64,000 nucleotides of DNA from Pelagomonas calceolata (lineage: Eukaryota): positions 2,108,001 through 2,172,000 of the forward strand of contig CAKKNE010000004.1 of the NCBI GenBank assembly GCA_918797485.1. Reading direction: 5' to 3'. The translations under genes and the position numbers were made by a program. Shown here piece by piece: positions 21,299-31,590 of this stretch. Positions within the stretch are counted from its first letter, which is position 1. Each line of letters opens with the position of its first letter. A model generated the notes under the pieces. The model did no database searches and was not told the origin of the DNA. It saw nothing but the letters and a program-made list of their open reading frames with translations.

Positions 21299-22420
21299 AT
21301 GAAGCCCCTCGTCCTGCTGCTGCTCGCGGCAGCCACCGCCGACGACGACGTTTTGTTGAGGCAACTAACTCATGCGCTCGGAAAACCAGCGACGCCGCAA
21401 GCGCTCGCCGAGACGTTCGTCGACGACCGCTTCGAGTATTTGCGAGACAACGCGGACTACACTTTTGAGGCCGGCGACGCCGATAAAGTGGTGGCGGCCT
21501 TCTCGCGACGCATCACGTCAAACGTCCCGGTCATCGACCTGCAAGCCACGTTCGAGAACTGCTCGGCGCTCTGTGCGTTTTTGGAGGTGGGCGTTCCAGA
21601 GCACGTCGAGGCCTACGTCCTGTTGAGCCTTGGGTCGGCGGCCTTCGGCAGCCCCTTCCACCCGGCGACGTTGAGAACGTTGGGGAGGACGTGTGGGAAG
21701 ACCGACCGCGACCTCGAGGCGCTGCTCTTGGATCCAAAACTACGAAGGTGGTTCGTGGCGCAGCACTTTCCGCGAGTGGTCATTACGGGTGGAAATGGGA
21801 GGGGCCGCTACAGTAATGATGCGGTGGGCGACGTCACGCGGTCGACGGACTGGGTGCTGCACCCGAAATTGCACCACGTGCCGCTGGGTTTACCAAGGGC
21901 GCTCTCGCCTCATCTAGAACGGGAGGCGGCCTGGGTTAATGCAAAGCGCGGCCCTCGGAGTTCGGAGATATATGTGAACCACAAGCCCCGACCCTACCGC
22001 GAGCGCATTTTGGGACACTTGCGCCGGGCGCTGGGGCAGGCGCTGCCCAACGCCTATGCGGGGAAAGCAGCACTGCGTTCTGGGACGCAAACATACGTCG
22101 GGGACCTCTTCCGCCACGCGATCGTGCTGTCGCCGCCCGGGTCGGGCGTCGACTGCTACCGCCACTACGAAGCCCTATTATGTGGCGCCGTGCCTCTCCT
22201 AGAGTATTCGCCCTTGGCTGTGGAGTTGTTGTCTGGCTTGCCCTACATCATGGTGCGGTCGTGGGCCGAGGTCTCCGCGCCGTTCTTGGAACGGGAGCTC
22301 GCTCAACTAAAAACGCGGACCTTCGACTGGCGGCGGCTCACGCGGGCCTACTGGCGCGACGAGCTCGCGCGCGCGCGGATTAGTGGTGAGCTGCCCGCGC
22401 GGCGGCGGAAGCCGTCGTGA
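21299..22420 (+). CDS. Exostosin-like (GT47) glycosyltransferase with signal peptide
   Basis: Signal peptide MKPLVLLLLAAATA; VLSPPGSGVDCYRHYEALLCGAVP; LPYIMVRSW. Confidence 0.75.
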   Translation: MKPLVLLLLAAATADDDVLLRQLTHALGKPATPQALAETFVDDRFEYLRDNADYTFEAGDADKVVAAFSRRITSNVPVIDLQATFENCSALCAFLEVGVPEHVEAYVLLSLGSAAFGSPFHPATLRTLGRTCGKTDRDLEALLLDPKLRRWFVAQHFPRVVITGGNGRGRYSNDAVGDVTRSTDWVLHPKLHHVPLGLPRALSPHLEREAAWVNAKRGPRSSEIYVNHKPRPYRERILGHLRRALGQALPNAYAGKAALRSGTQTYVGDLFRHAIVLSPPGSGVDCYRHYEALLCGAVPLLEYSPLAVELLSGLPYIMVRSWAEVSAPFLERELAQLKTRTFDWRRLTRAYWRDELARARISGELPARRRKPS

Positions 22421-22714
22421 CTAATGTTTAGAAAATTGCACGTGTTTGTCCCGTGCGCGAGCCAGGAGTCCTCGCGGAGCGAATGGACGACGCTTGGGGC
22501 AGACTACGCGGCTTCCCGTTCAAACTCTAGTAGGTCAAAGGCGACGCTAGCCTGGCGCGCACCTCACAAAATTCAAACAGCTGGGCCCACCAAAGCCAGC
22601 AAACGACAAAGTAGCAAGCACAGTGGCCTCCTCGTGCTGCGCGCTGCATACGAAACCGCGATTAGCCGCCGGCGCCGCAAAACCGCCTAGAGCAGCACCG
22701 CAAGCGCGCGCCCT

Positions 22715-24292
22715 ATGGACGCTTTTGATGTTGGCGCCTACCTGGGGCGCGGCGGCTTCGCTACCGTATATAGGGCCGTCGAGCGCGCTTCCGGAAGGAC
22801 CGTCGCGCTGAAAGTCGTGGATACCAGGAAGCTGCGCGAGGCCGGAGTGGACCGAGAGCGTTTAGAAAGGGAGGTCGCCCTTCATTCCGCTTGTGACTAC
22901 GAACGGATCGTAAGGTGCGAAGGGAGCTTTGCGTTCAACGAAGAACGCCTGGGCACGGAGGACGATTCGCAGGATAATTTCGAGGGCGTTTGTTTAATTC
23001 TAGAGTACTGCTCGAACAGTGATCTGAGGCAGCTCCTGAAGCGGAAAGGTAAGTTGTCGGATGAGGAGGCCAAGATTTACTTGCGGGGCGTCCTCGAAGG
23101 CCTCGAATATTTACATTCAAAAAATCTCGTCCACCGCGACGTAAAATTAGCGAACGTTCTGCTCGATGACAAGCACCGCACGAAGCTCTGCGACTTTGGG
23201 GTGGCCGCGTCCATAGATGAGGGCGAGCGGTGGACCTTGTGTGGCACGCCAAATTACGTGGCTCCCGAAATTGTCAATGGTGAAACAGCACATGACACGG
23301 CCGTGGACCTGTGGAGTGTCGGGTGTCTAGCTCATGCGTTGTTGGCGGGCTGCCCGGCGCCGGTGCAGGCGAAGGCTCGCGCGGCGTTGGGTGGCAAGAA
23401 TCGTGTTGTGGATGGTGACATCTCCCCCTCGTTATCGGCGCCGGCGGCGTCATTCATAAGGAGGTTGTTGCGAAAGGATCCTGCCGAACGGCCGTCGGCT
23501 TCCGAAGCTTTAAGGGACCCCTTCCTCTGCGACGCGTGGCGTAGTACAACAGATGAAAGGTGGGAGGCCAAGGCGTCGGAACGTGTCAATGCGGACTGTT
23601 CGGATTTGGACTTCGAGGCGACGACGCCGAAACAGCAGGTATGCATCCGAGACGGCGTCGCGAGAATCGCGTGGCTCGGCGCGCGCGGTCAGGTAACTAT
23701 GGAGGCGTCCGATGAGAGGGTGCGCGTCGCGGCGAACGGCCTCCAATTATATAATGGGACGGTCGACGCGTTGCCGGCGCGCTTTGAAGCTTTATACGGT
23801 CATCTGGCGAAGTGTATCACATTAGTACGGTCGCGGACGCCGCGGGTCGTCTGCCGCTACGGTCACGTGGAGTGCACGCTCATGAGCAACGGGCCCCTCG
23901 CGGATGTCCGACTACGGTGGCGCGACGGCTGCGCGGCGCGCTACTCGCTGGCCACGGGCTGCTTCGAGCTGCGCCTGCCCGATTCCAGAATACACGCCTA
24001 CACGCCCCCGTCCGGAAATGCGCTGCCGGGCGACGCGCCGGACGTCCGCGTCGCCTCCTACTTAAAGGACGCGCGGTCGGGCGTGCGGAAATGTTTGAGA
24101 GCGGCGGCGCGCTTCTCAACAGAAAAATCGCCGATCGTCGTCGACGTGCGCGCGCCCCAGACGCCGCCGCGGCCGACGAAGAAGCTCATCGAGACGTCGG
24201 GCCGCTCGACGAGCTCGCGCGCGACGCAGCCGCCCGTCGCGGACCTGTCCTTCGTGTCGGAGCTCACGGCGGCGACGCGCGTCGCCGGCTGA
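22715..24292 (+). CDS. PLK4: Polo-like kinase 4 (SAK/PLK4)
   Basis: Kinase domain GRGGFATVY, HRDVKLAN, DFG, TLCGTPNYVAPE. Cryptic polo-box signature LVRSRTPRV...CTLMSNGPLADVRLRWRDG. Confidence 0.8.
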   Translation: MDAFDVGAYLGRGGFATVYRAVERASGRTVALKVVDTRKLREAGVDRERLEREVALHSACDYERIVRCEGSFAFNEERLGTEDDSQDNFEGVCLILEYCSNSDLRQLLKRKGKLSDEEAKIYLRGVLEGLEYLHSKNLVHRDVKLANVLLDDKHRTKLCDFGVAASIDEGERWTLCGTPNYVAPEIVNGETAHDTAVDLWSVGCLAHALLAGCPAPVQAKARAALGGKNRVVDGDISPSLSAPAASFIRRLLRKDPAERPSASEALRDPFLCDAWRSTTDERWEAKASERVNADCSDLDFEATTPKQQVCIRDGVARIAWLGARGQVTMEASDERVRVAANGLQLYNGTVDALPARFEALYGHLAKCITLVRSRTPRVVCRYGHVECTLMSNGPLADVRLRWRDGCAARYSLATGCFELRLPDSRIHAYTPPSGNALPGDAPDVRVASYLKDARSGVRKCLRAAARFSTEKSPIVVDVRAPQTPPRPTKKLIETSGRSTSSRATQPPVADLSFVSELTAATRVAG

Positions 24293-24498
24293 TTTAGGCG
24301 TGGCGTAAGGGTCTCCTGCCGCGTGGTGAGGTGTGTCGTAGGGATAATCCGCGGCGCCCGTTCGAATCCCCGAACCCTGCTCGCAGCGCGCTCGGCGCCG
24401 CTGTGTAGCACGCCGGGGCTGCCTATTTGCAGCGGTGCGACCAAAGAGCTGCAGAACCGACCACTGGGGCAGCCTCGGCGCGATTGCGGCCACAAATA

Positions 24499-25482
24499 AT
24501 GGCCGTCACGGCCGATGAGCTCGCGCAGCTCGAGGAGCGGCTGCTGGCCAAGCTCCAGGGGCAGCCGTCGCGCGTCGAGGAGGAGGAGGAGGAACTGCCG
24601 GCCGCCGTGTTTGCCCGGGTGACGTGCGTTACGACAATTCTGCTGGTCTACGTCTGCGTATCGATGGTGGCGAGCATTTTCACGACGGGAGTGCACGGTA
24701 ATCTGTCGCAAATCGAATATTGCGTCTACCCGCTATGCTTTACTGCGTTCACGGGGCTGATCTTCGGTGCGCTCGACTCCGAGGCCGCCGGACGACGGAC
24801 AATTAAACTCATGCGCGCCTGGTGGATCCCCCAAATTGTTATTGTGCCCTATTTGTACTGGACGTCTGATATGTACGTGGATGCTGTGCTCTTGTTTATT
24901 GGATTTTCTATCAATTCTATCTTCTGGCCCTGGTTATTCGGCGCAATGCGCGAAATCCTGCGGAAGCGGTATCAGGGTTCGCGCACAGCATGGTCGCAGC
25001 ACTATACAAGTCGAGCACTTAAGCTTGGTGCGTTTCAGATCGTCCTCGCCGTCTCCGCTATTGCGCAGGGCTTGGAGGGAAAGGAATCGTTTCCCCGGGT
25101 TTACGCGACCTTTAACTTCAGCCTAAACCTGAGCACAGTACTGATTTTCGTCATCGCGATCTTCGACGTCTGTGCAGTAGACACCCGTGCGGCCGCCACG
25201 TTACGCCTCTCGCCGCTGCAGGCCGCGGCGGTTGTCACCTGCGGCATCGTCGTTTTATCTGCCTTCGCAGGATACATTGTTTCTGAACAGAGACGACCGT
25301 CCAAAAGGGCAGCGCGCGCGGCGTTCCTCAGCATGGTGTTTTCCAACCAATTTTGCTTTATTGTCGTCGGCCGGCTAGTGTGGGTCGCTCGGCGAAAGGC
25401 CCGATCCGAGGACTCCGCGAGCGTGGTGCCGGCCAAGGAAGAAGGCCTCGAGGCAGGCGTGTTCGATGTCCCAGGCGCGTAA
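24499..25482 (+). CDS. Orphan multipass (about 7-8 TM) membrane protein, family A copy 1
   Basis: Hydrophobic ORF clearly paralogous to 25711-26691 (shared GNLSQIEY.VYPLCFTA, RALKLGAFQIVL, GVFDVPGA). Confidence 0.8.
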   Translation: MAVTADELAQLEERLLAKLQGQPSRVEEEEEELPAAVFARVTCVTTILLVYVCVSMVASIFTTGVHGNLSQIEYCVYPLCFTAFTGLIFGALDSEAAGRRTIKLMRAWWIPQIVIVPYLYWTSDMYVDAVLLFIGFSINSIFWPWLFGAMREILRKRYQGSRTAWSQHYTSRALKLGAFQIVLAVSAIAQGLEGKESFPRVYATFNFSLNLSTVLIFVIAIFDVCAVDTRAAATLRLSPLQAAAVVTCGIVVLSAFAGYIVSEQRRPSKRAARAAFLSMVFSNQFCFIVVGRLVWVARRKARSEDSASVVPAKEEGLEAGVFDVPGA

Positions 25483-25710
25483 CTACAAGTCTAGTAGTTC
25501 TGGGATTTCGCTGGTCGCCTACAACTCGTAAAAAAGAATTCAAGTCTGGGCGCTGGCACGCCCGCGCGCTGCGTGCGGCGCTGTGGCTGGTGGTCCGGGG
25601 CTGCCGTGCGTTACGAGCAAACAACTGCTGCATGATACCGCTGGGGCGGCGTTCCATGCAAAAAAAGCACCGCTGAGGGCGCCGCCGCTGGGCAGCCTTG
25701 CCAGTCAGGC

Positions 25711-26691
25711 ATGCAAGTCACGCGCGATGATCTCGCCGAGTTCGAGCGCCTGCTTGCTAAGCTCCGGGAGAATCCAGCTGCGGTCGACGAGGAGGCGGAC
25801 CTGCCCGCTGCCGAGTACGCACGGATAACGTACGTGACGCTCGTCCTACTCGTCTACGTGAACGTATCAATGGTCATCTCCATATGTACGACCGGGGTAG
25901 AGGGCAATCTTTCGCAGATCGAATATCTCGTCTATCCTCTTTGCTTCACGGCGAATTGCGGCCTCCTCGTGTTCGGCGCGCTCGACTCCGAGGCGGCGGG
26001 GAGGCGGGCCATAAAGCTCCTCCGCGGCTGGCTTATCACCCTGATTATTATCATCCCACCGCTCTACTGGACATCCGGAATGCACGAAGATGCCGTGCTC
26101 CTGGTTTTTTACATGGTTATCAATGCTATCTTTTACCCTTGGCTACTAGATTCAATGCGCGAGCTCTTGCGCACGAGGTATAAGGGTTCGCTCACAACCC
26201 AAGCACATTTTTATACAAATCGCGCGCTCAAGCTCGGTGCTTTCCAGATCGTGCTCCTCGTGTCTGCCGTGGCCCAGGGCATCGATGGAGCAGATACGTT
26301 CCTTCGGGTTTACGCAACGTTCAGCTTCAGCATGAACTTGATAATAGCGTGGATCTACGTCATCGCGATCTTCGACGTCTGTGCAGTCGACGGCCGCGCG
26401 GCCGCCAAACTGCGGCTCTCTCCGCTGCAGGCCGCGGCGGTTGCCTCGGTCGGTGGCGTGGCGTTTTCCGGCCTTGCGGGATATGTTTTGTCGCAAAGAC
26501 GACCTTCCAAGCGGGCTGCGCACGCGACGGTCTACTCATTGTTGTTCTTCAACTTCTTGTGTTATATTTTCGTCGGCCGATTAGTGTGGGTCGCCCGGCG
26601 AAAGGCACCCGACGGCTCCGCCGCGAGCGGGCAGCCGGTTAAGGACGAGGGTCTCGAGGCTGGAGGTGTGTTCGACGTCCCCGGCGCGTAA
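25711..26691 (+). CDS. Orphan multipass (about 7-8 TM) membrane protein, family A copy 2
   Basis: Tandem paralog of 24499-25482, collinear over its full length. Confidence 0.8.
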   Translation: MQVTRDDLAEFERLLAKLRENPAAVDEEADLPAAEYARITYVTLVLLVYVNVSMVISICTTGVEGNLSQIEYLVYPLCFTANCGLLVFGALDSEAAGRRAIKLLRGWLITLIIIIPPLYWTSGMHEDAVLLVFYMVINAIFYPWLLDSMRELLRTRYKGSLTTQAHFYTNRALKLGAFQIVLLVSAVAQGIDGADTFLRVYATFSFSMNLIIAWIYVIAIFDVCAVDGRAAAKLRLSPLQAAAVASVGGVAFSGLAGYVLSQRRPSKRAAHATVYSLLFFNFLCYIFVGRLVWVARRKAPDGSAASGQPVKDEGLEAGGVFDVPGA

Positions 26692-26959
26692 GCACTAAAA
26701 AAAAAATCAAACTCAAACGAGGCGCTGCAGAGGATCGGCAGCCTGGTTAGCGTCGCGCTGTGTGGACCCGAGGTTGCCGTATTTTCAACACGTGCTGCGA
26801 GTACACAACTGCTGCATAATACTGCTGGGCAGCACGCGTGCGACCACACAACTAAGCATATATACTGGGGCAGCCACTGAAAAAGCACCGCCTGCCTCCC
26901 TGGGCAGCCTATCGGTCCACGCATCGACTCTAGCTCAGCAATTTGAAGTGCTTGCACGT

Positions 26960-27748
26960 ATGTTCGCCGCCACCAAGGTCCCAGGCGAGTCGACAAGCCA
27001 TCGCGTCGCGCCGGCTTCCGCGTCCAATCCCCTGGACAACATCGCCAACGACGCCTGGAGGCAGTTCTTCTCCACGGACGTGCGAGGCAAAACGCCGCTC
27101 GGGTTCGCTGCGTTTTTCATGGACATCGCCCTGCTTCCACCGGAGCGACGGTCCCATAGGTTGTGGCTCGTCGGGGAGGTCTGTTGCGTCTTCGCAGGAT
27201 TGATGCTATTCTTCGCCTCAACGGTTGGAGACCTCGAAGCCACCGATAACCTCGGCGTCGCAGCCACGTGCATTGGATCCTTCTCCGTGCTGCAGCTCGT
27301 CGTCGCGTGTCTATTTTCGGCGCTGCCGGTAACCATGTGTACGATGCCGGACCTGACCTCAATTTTCGCCGGATGCAAGATGTTGGGGTGGGCGAACTTT
27401 TTTCTGACTAATGGAACCATACTCACGTTTGCGGCGTTCGTGTGTGACGCGTTGGCCAAAGCGAAAAGTAGGCTCCTCGGGTGGGTCGTTTGTGGCATGG
27501 GCATAGCACTATTCATGAGTATAAACGCGTTTATGTCAACAATCGTCATGGCTTACTATCCGCTCCCCCAGCATCACCAGCAGGCGTGGTATTACCAGGC
27601 GTTCGCGCCAAACATCGCGGCCAGCAACTACATCATGGGGAGAAAGAGCCTGCAGGAGGGGGCGGACATCCAGCTCGCCAGGATGCTCGCGGGACCCATA
27701 CCCGACGACCTGCGCCTGGTCCTCGACGGCGGGCCCGGCGAGAAGTGA
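26960..27748 (+). CDS. Orphan ~4-TM membrane protein, family B copy 1
   Basis: Paralogous to 28169-28954 (shared RQFFSTDVRGK, LLPPERRSHRLWLVGEVCCVFAGLMLFFAST, QQAWYYQAF, GPIPDDLRLVLDGGPG). Confidence 0.8.
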   Translation: MFAATKVPGESTSHRVAPASASNPLDNIANDAWRQFFSTDVRGKTPLGFAAFFMDIALLPPERRSHRLWLVGEVCCVFAGLMLFFASTVGDLEATDNLGVAATCIGSFSVLQLVVACLFSALPVTMCTMPDLTSIFAGCKMLGWANFFLTNGTILTFAAFVCDALAKAKSRLLGWVVCGMGIALFMSINAFMSTIVMAYYPLPQHHQQAWYYQAFAPNIAASNYIMGRKSLQEGADIQLARMLAGPIPDDLRLVLDGGPGEK

Positions 27749-28168
27749 ATCAATAAATTTGAAAACGCGCACACACCTCGTTCCTTATTTTTAGGTTTTC
27801 ATTAATATATTTTATTATTATTACATGTACCCTACTCGATGGGTCCACGCCCCGGGTCCTCGGCGAGGGACACGAGATCGAGGCGGCGTAACCACACGTC
27901 TAGTTGGGCTGATATAGATCTCGGCGCAAGTTCCGGCCTCCTCATAAGATTTCATCCCACCCCCACACTGGGGCCGCAGCGCGATGCCTAGCGCGAGCCT
28001 GCATGCAGAGGCTGCCAGAGGGAAGAGCTGCAGCGCCGCACTCATCGCAGTGGACCCGGCAGCCGTATTGCAACACGTGTTGTGACAACACAACTGCTGC
28101 ATAATACTGCTGGGGAGCCAGTGAAAAAGCACCGCTTGCCTCCCCTGGGCAGCCTAGTGCCTACAAGC

Positions 28169-28954
28169 ATGCTGTCCGCCACCAAGGTCCCGGGCGAGTC
28201 GACGAGCATCCGCGTCTCGCCGGCTTCCGCGTCCAATCCCATGGACGTCATGGCAGGCGACGCGTTCCGACAGTTCTTCTCCACAGACGTACGAGGGAAA
28301 GCGCCGCTTGGTTTCGCAGCCTTTTTCATGGACTGCGCCTTGCTTCCACCCGAGCGACGGTCCCATCGGCTGTGGCTCGTCGGGGAGGTTTGTTGCGTTT
28401 TCGCCGGGCTGATGTTGTTTTTTGCGTCAACGGTGCCAGACCTCGAAGCGACCGATAACCTCGGAGTCGTAGCCACCTGCATCGGATCCTTCGCCGTGCT
28501 GGGGCTCGTCGTCGCGTGTATTTTTTCGGCGAGCAATGTAATGATGTGCTCGACGCCGGACCTGACGTGTTGTTACGTCGGCTGCAAGATGATGGGGTGG
28601 GCAATGTTCTACCTCCTCAATGGAACCATACTCACGTTTGCGGCGTTCGTTTTGCACTCGTTGGCCAGGGCGAACGGGGCAGTTCTCGGGTGGATAGTTT
28701 GCGGCATGGGCATAGCGCTATTCGTGAGTGTGAACGTCTTCTGCGCAACAACCATGATCGCTTTCTTTCCGCTGCCCCAGTATCACCAGCAGGCATGGTA
28801 TTACCAGGCCTTCGGGCCAAACCTCGTGCTCAGCAACTGGATCATGGGTCGAAGGAGCGTGCGGGAAGGGGCAGACATCCAGCTCGCCAAGATGCTCGCG
28901 GGACCCATACCCGACGACCTGCGCTTGGTCCTCGACGGCGGCCCAGGAGTGTAA
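28169..28954 (+). CDS. Orphan ~4-TM membrane protein, family B copy 2
   Basis: Tandem paralog of 26960-27748; their upstream regions are also homologous. Confidence 0.8.
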   Translation: MLSATKVPGESTSIRVSPASASNPMDVMAGDAFRQFFSTDVRGKAPLGFAAFFMDCALLPPERRSHRLWLVGEVCCVFAGLMLFFASTVPDLEATDNLGVVATCIGSFAVLGLVVACIFSASNVMMCSTPDLTCCYVGCKMMGWAMFYLLNGTILTFAAFVLHSLARANGAVLGWIVCGMGIALFVSVNVFCATTMIAFFPLPQYHQQAWYYQAFGPNLVLSNWIMGRRSVREGADIQLAKMLAGPIPDDLRLVLDGGPGV

Positions 28955-28966
28955 TTCATTAAAAAC

Positions 28967-29926
28967 TTACGGGTCTACGGCGAGTGAGACATATATCGAC
29001 GCCGGCAGAAACTTGGCGACGACGTCGCAGAGGACGTAGCCGAGGCGCACGCGCGCGTCGCCCACCACCCCCAAAACACCGGCGCCCCAGACCAGGGGGA
29101 AGCCGTGCCAGGCGACGGTGAAGAAGACCGCCGCGCGCTCGAGCTGCGCGGCGATGCGCTCGTCCTTGCCGCGCCGCGCCGCCGCCGCGCCGCGCGCGAG
29201 CGGCCCGCGCACGCCCTTCGCGAGGAGCGCGTAGAACGCCGCGCAGGACAGCGCCGCGAGCGCGAGGCCGTAGCCCGTCGCGCCGGGCGCGCGCGCGTCG
29301 AGGAGCGCCGAGCACCAGCACATGACCTGCACCGCGACGAGCGCGGCGCAGCAGTCCCGCCGCGCGTTTGTGGGAGGCGGCCGCGGCATGCGCGCCGACA
29401 GCTCGCGCTCGACGCTGTAGATCGCGAGCACCTGCGCGCTCACGGAGCACGTCCAGAGCACCAGGTGGAGCGGCCGCGCCGTGACGCTTGACATATTGGC
29501 GAGGAAGGGCGGCGCCATCACCAAACACGCCGCGTCCGAGCGCTCGACGACGTAGTAGAGCAGCGTCAGCGCCTGCACGCCCGCGCACGGCCACGCGGCC
29601 GCCTCGGCGACGCGGCCCTTCGCCGGCCGCGCCCGCGCGACGGCGCACTGCACGACGCTCTGCGCGAAGAGCGCGCCGAAGAGCGCGCAGGGCACCGTGG
29701 CCGCGACCTCCGTGTCTTCATCGTTCGCGGCCAGCGCTGCCCTGCCGTAGCACGCGCCGCCGCCGAGCGCGAGCTGGCCGAGCGCTAGGTAAAGGACGCA
29801 GGCCACCGGGCAGGCGGCGCAGCAGAGGCGCCGTTCGAAGACGCCGCCCTGCGGCGTCGCGGTGTAGAGGAGGATCGCATTCCAGAGGGCCGTGGCGCCT
29901 AGGAAGGCCCACTCCGCGGGTGACAT
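28967..29926 (-). CDS. Divergent microbial (type-1) rhodopsin-like protein with extra N-terminal TM helices
   Basis: Helix F is WHGFPLVW (WxxYPxxW type). Helix G is GYVLCDVVAKF (DxxAK, Schiff-base Lys). PLHLVLWTCS is helix-C-like. About 9 hydrophobic segments in 319 aa. Confidence 0.75.
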   Translation of the reverse strand: MSPAEWAFLGATALWNAILLYTATPQGGVFERRLCCAACPVACVLYLALGQLALGGGACYGRAALAANDEDTEVAATVPCALFGALFAQSVVQCAVARARPAKGRVAEAAAWPCAGVQALTLLYYVVERSDAACLVMAPPFLANMSSVTARPLHLVLWTCSVSAQVLAIYSVERELSARMPRPPPTNARRDCCAALVAVQVMCWCSALLDARAPGATGYGLALAALSCAAFYALLAKGVRGPLARGAAAARRGKDERIAAQLERAAVFFTVAWHGFPLVWGAGVLGVVGDARVRLGYVLCDVVAKFLPASIYVSLAVDP

Positions 29927-30395
29927 TTTAGATCCGCAGTGCTGTGCGCGAGCAGCACTTATTGACGACCCGACAAACGCAATATCTGTACCGAATTCGA
30001 TTAATGCGGCAGCTAGCCAGGACAAAAGCACAGCTGTGGTCGAGCTAGTGTCTTACACCGCTAGCGCCGCAGCTTTGCACCCTTCTATTTGGAGCGCAGT
30101 AGCTGTCTTCGACGCTATCCACAGGCACCCATCTCGCTCGCGGCTGCGGCTCACAGGGTCTTGCCGCTCAGCACATAAATATCTCCCGTGAGATCAGGCC
30201 GCGCGCCTCAAAAGCAGCACCAGGCGGGTTCTCGGCACCCCTCAGTGGCATAGCATCAACGGGTGTGGCTGTAAATTGCCGTAACCTTGTGAGCGCAGCA
30301 ACAAATCCAGAGGCACCACCAGAGAGCCACTTAGAGCCTCCCTATAAGAAAGCCTAGGCAGAGAGCGTGTCCGGACGTGAAACATACAAGCAAGT

Positions 30396-30866
30396 ATGTT
30401 CATCTACGTCGCAGCCCTATCAGTGGTTTTTCTCGCCCAGAGCGGCGTGACGGCGTTCATCCAGGCGCCGGCTAAGGCGCCTCGTGCCACTACCAAGGCC
30501 ACCTGGGGCGCGCCTCGGCTCTTGGCCCGCCCGATCGGCTGGGACCTGGGCGACGACTCGCTCGGCTGGGCGACGTCAAAGGACGACGGCGTCGGAAGTC
30601 CCTCGGACGGCCCGACTCCAAGCACAAACCTGAGCGACGGCGACGACGTCGCGCTCGCGCGCCGCCGCCGCGGCGACCGCGCGCTCCTCGAGGGCGCGTG
30701 GGGCCGCGAGGCCGTGCGCCACAAGTTCCGCGGCCAGACGCGCGAGGACCTCGTCTGCCCGGCAGCGCGCGCGCTCGCGCTCAAGTGGGGCAAGGCGTGC
30801 GCCGTCGCGTACCCCGCGCTGACGGTCCTCGCGGTGTGCTCCATCGGACCCGAGGGCGTGACCTAA
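30396..30866 (+). CDS. Small hypothetical protein with bipartite plastid-targeting sequence
   Basis: Signal peptide followed by VTA-FIQAP (ASAFAP-like) and a basic/hydroxylated transit region; hydrophobic C-terminus. Confidence 0.55.
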   Translation: MFIYVAALSVVFLAQSGVTAFIQAPAKAPRATTKATWGAPRLLARPIGWDLGDDSLGWATSKDDGVGSPSDGPTPSTNLSDGDDVALARRRRGDRALLEGAWGREAVRHKFRGQTREDLVCPAARALALKWGKACAVAYPALTVLAVCSIGPEGVT

Positions 30867-30996
30867 CTCCGACGCGTGTCCGGCGTGTTCGTTCGTTTAA
30901 TCAGGGCCGTTTATATTACTGCGTGTGTCTTCGCGTCGTCCGGCAACGGAGTCGTCGTTGTTCCTGTCGTTTACGGTGCTAGGACTAGTACGAGTA

Positions 30997-31019
30997 GCTA
31001 GCGGCCTGTAAGACACTAG
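30997..31019 (+). promoter_or_regulatory. Recurrent intergenic motif GCTAGCGG(n)TGTAAGACACTAG (representative copy)
   Basis: Related copies at 8423-8445, 30045-30065 (minus) and 35164-35182, and a partial copy at 2021-2031. All are intergenic and upstream of genes. Confidence 0.5.
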
Positions 31020-31590
31020 GCATCCCTAGCAAGCTTGAGCAGCCTGGGCCGGTGCGCGGCTTTATGCCGGCAGCGATTGCCAACCGCTGTACTACGACCT
31101 AAATAAAAGTAGTTCATTCCTCAGCGCACGACAGCGGCGCCACAACTTCGTAGAGGTGCACGCACGTCCAAGCTCCATCGCCTGCTCCGCTGCAGCAGCG
31201 CAAAAGCCCTGCTGCACAAAAGCCACAGGCGCGCACCGGCGTCGAGCACCCAACCCTTCGCGTCGCTGCACTGATTACAGCCATCGGAACAAAGAACACC
31301 GAGCCTCCGGGCGCTGGCGATACCACCGAAACGTCACTACCTCCTTCTGAGCAGTCAATATCGCGCGACGACGCCACTTCCGCACGACGCCCGCTCACAA
31401 CACACAACACGCAGGCCCGCGCCCGCGCCGTAATTGATTGAAAAAAAAGAGGTCCCGTGACGACCCCACAGATGACGAGTCCGAATATCTACGCATGTGG
31501 CACACACTTATTAGCTCTAGCCGAGGACCCTTTACGACCACACACATTACGACCAACCAAAACATACCTCACAAAGTAGATATAGGTACC

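Noticed and set aside
24499..26691. Family A multipass proteins as additional rhodopsins
   Set aside because: No DxxxK in the last helix and no WxxYP motif.
31430..31585. Possible 5'-UTR intron or N-terminal extension of ARL2
   Set aside because: GT...AG ends and lower GC are suggestive, but there is no coding constraint to verify it; ARL2 conservation begins at the ATG at 31591.
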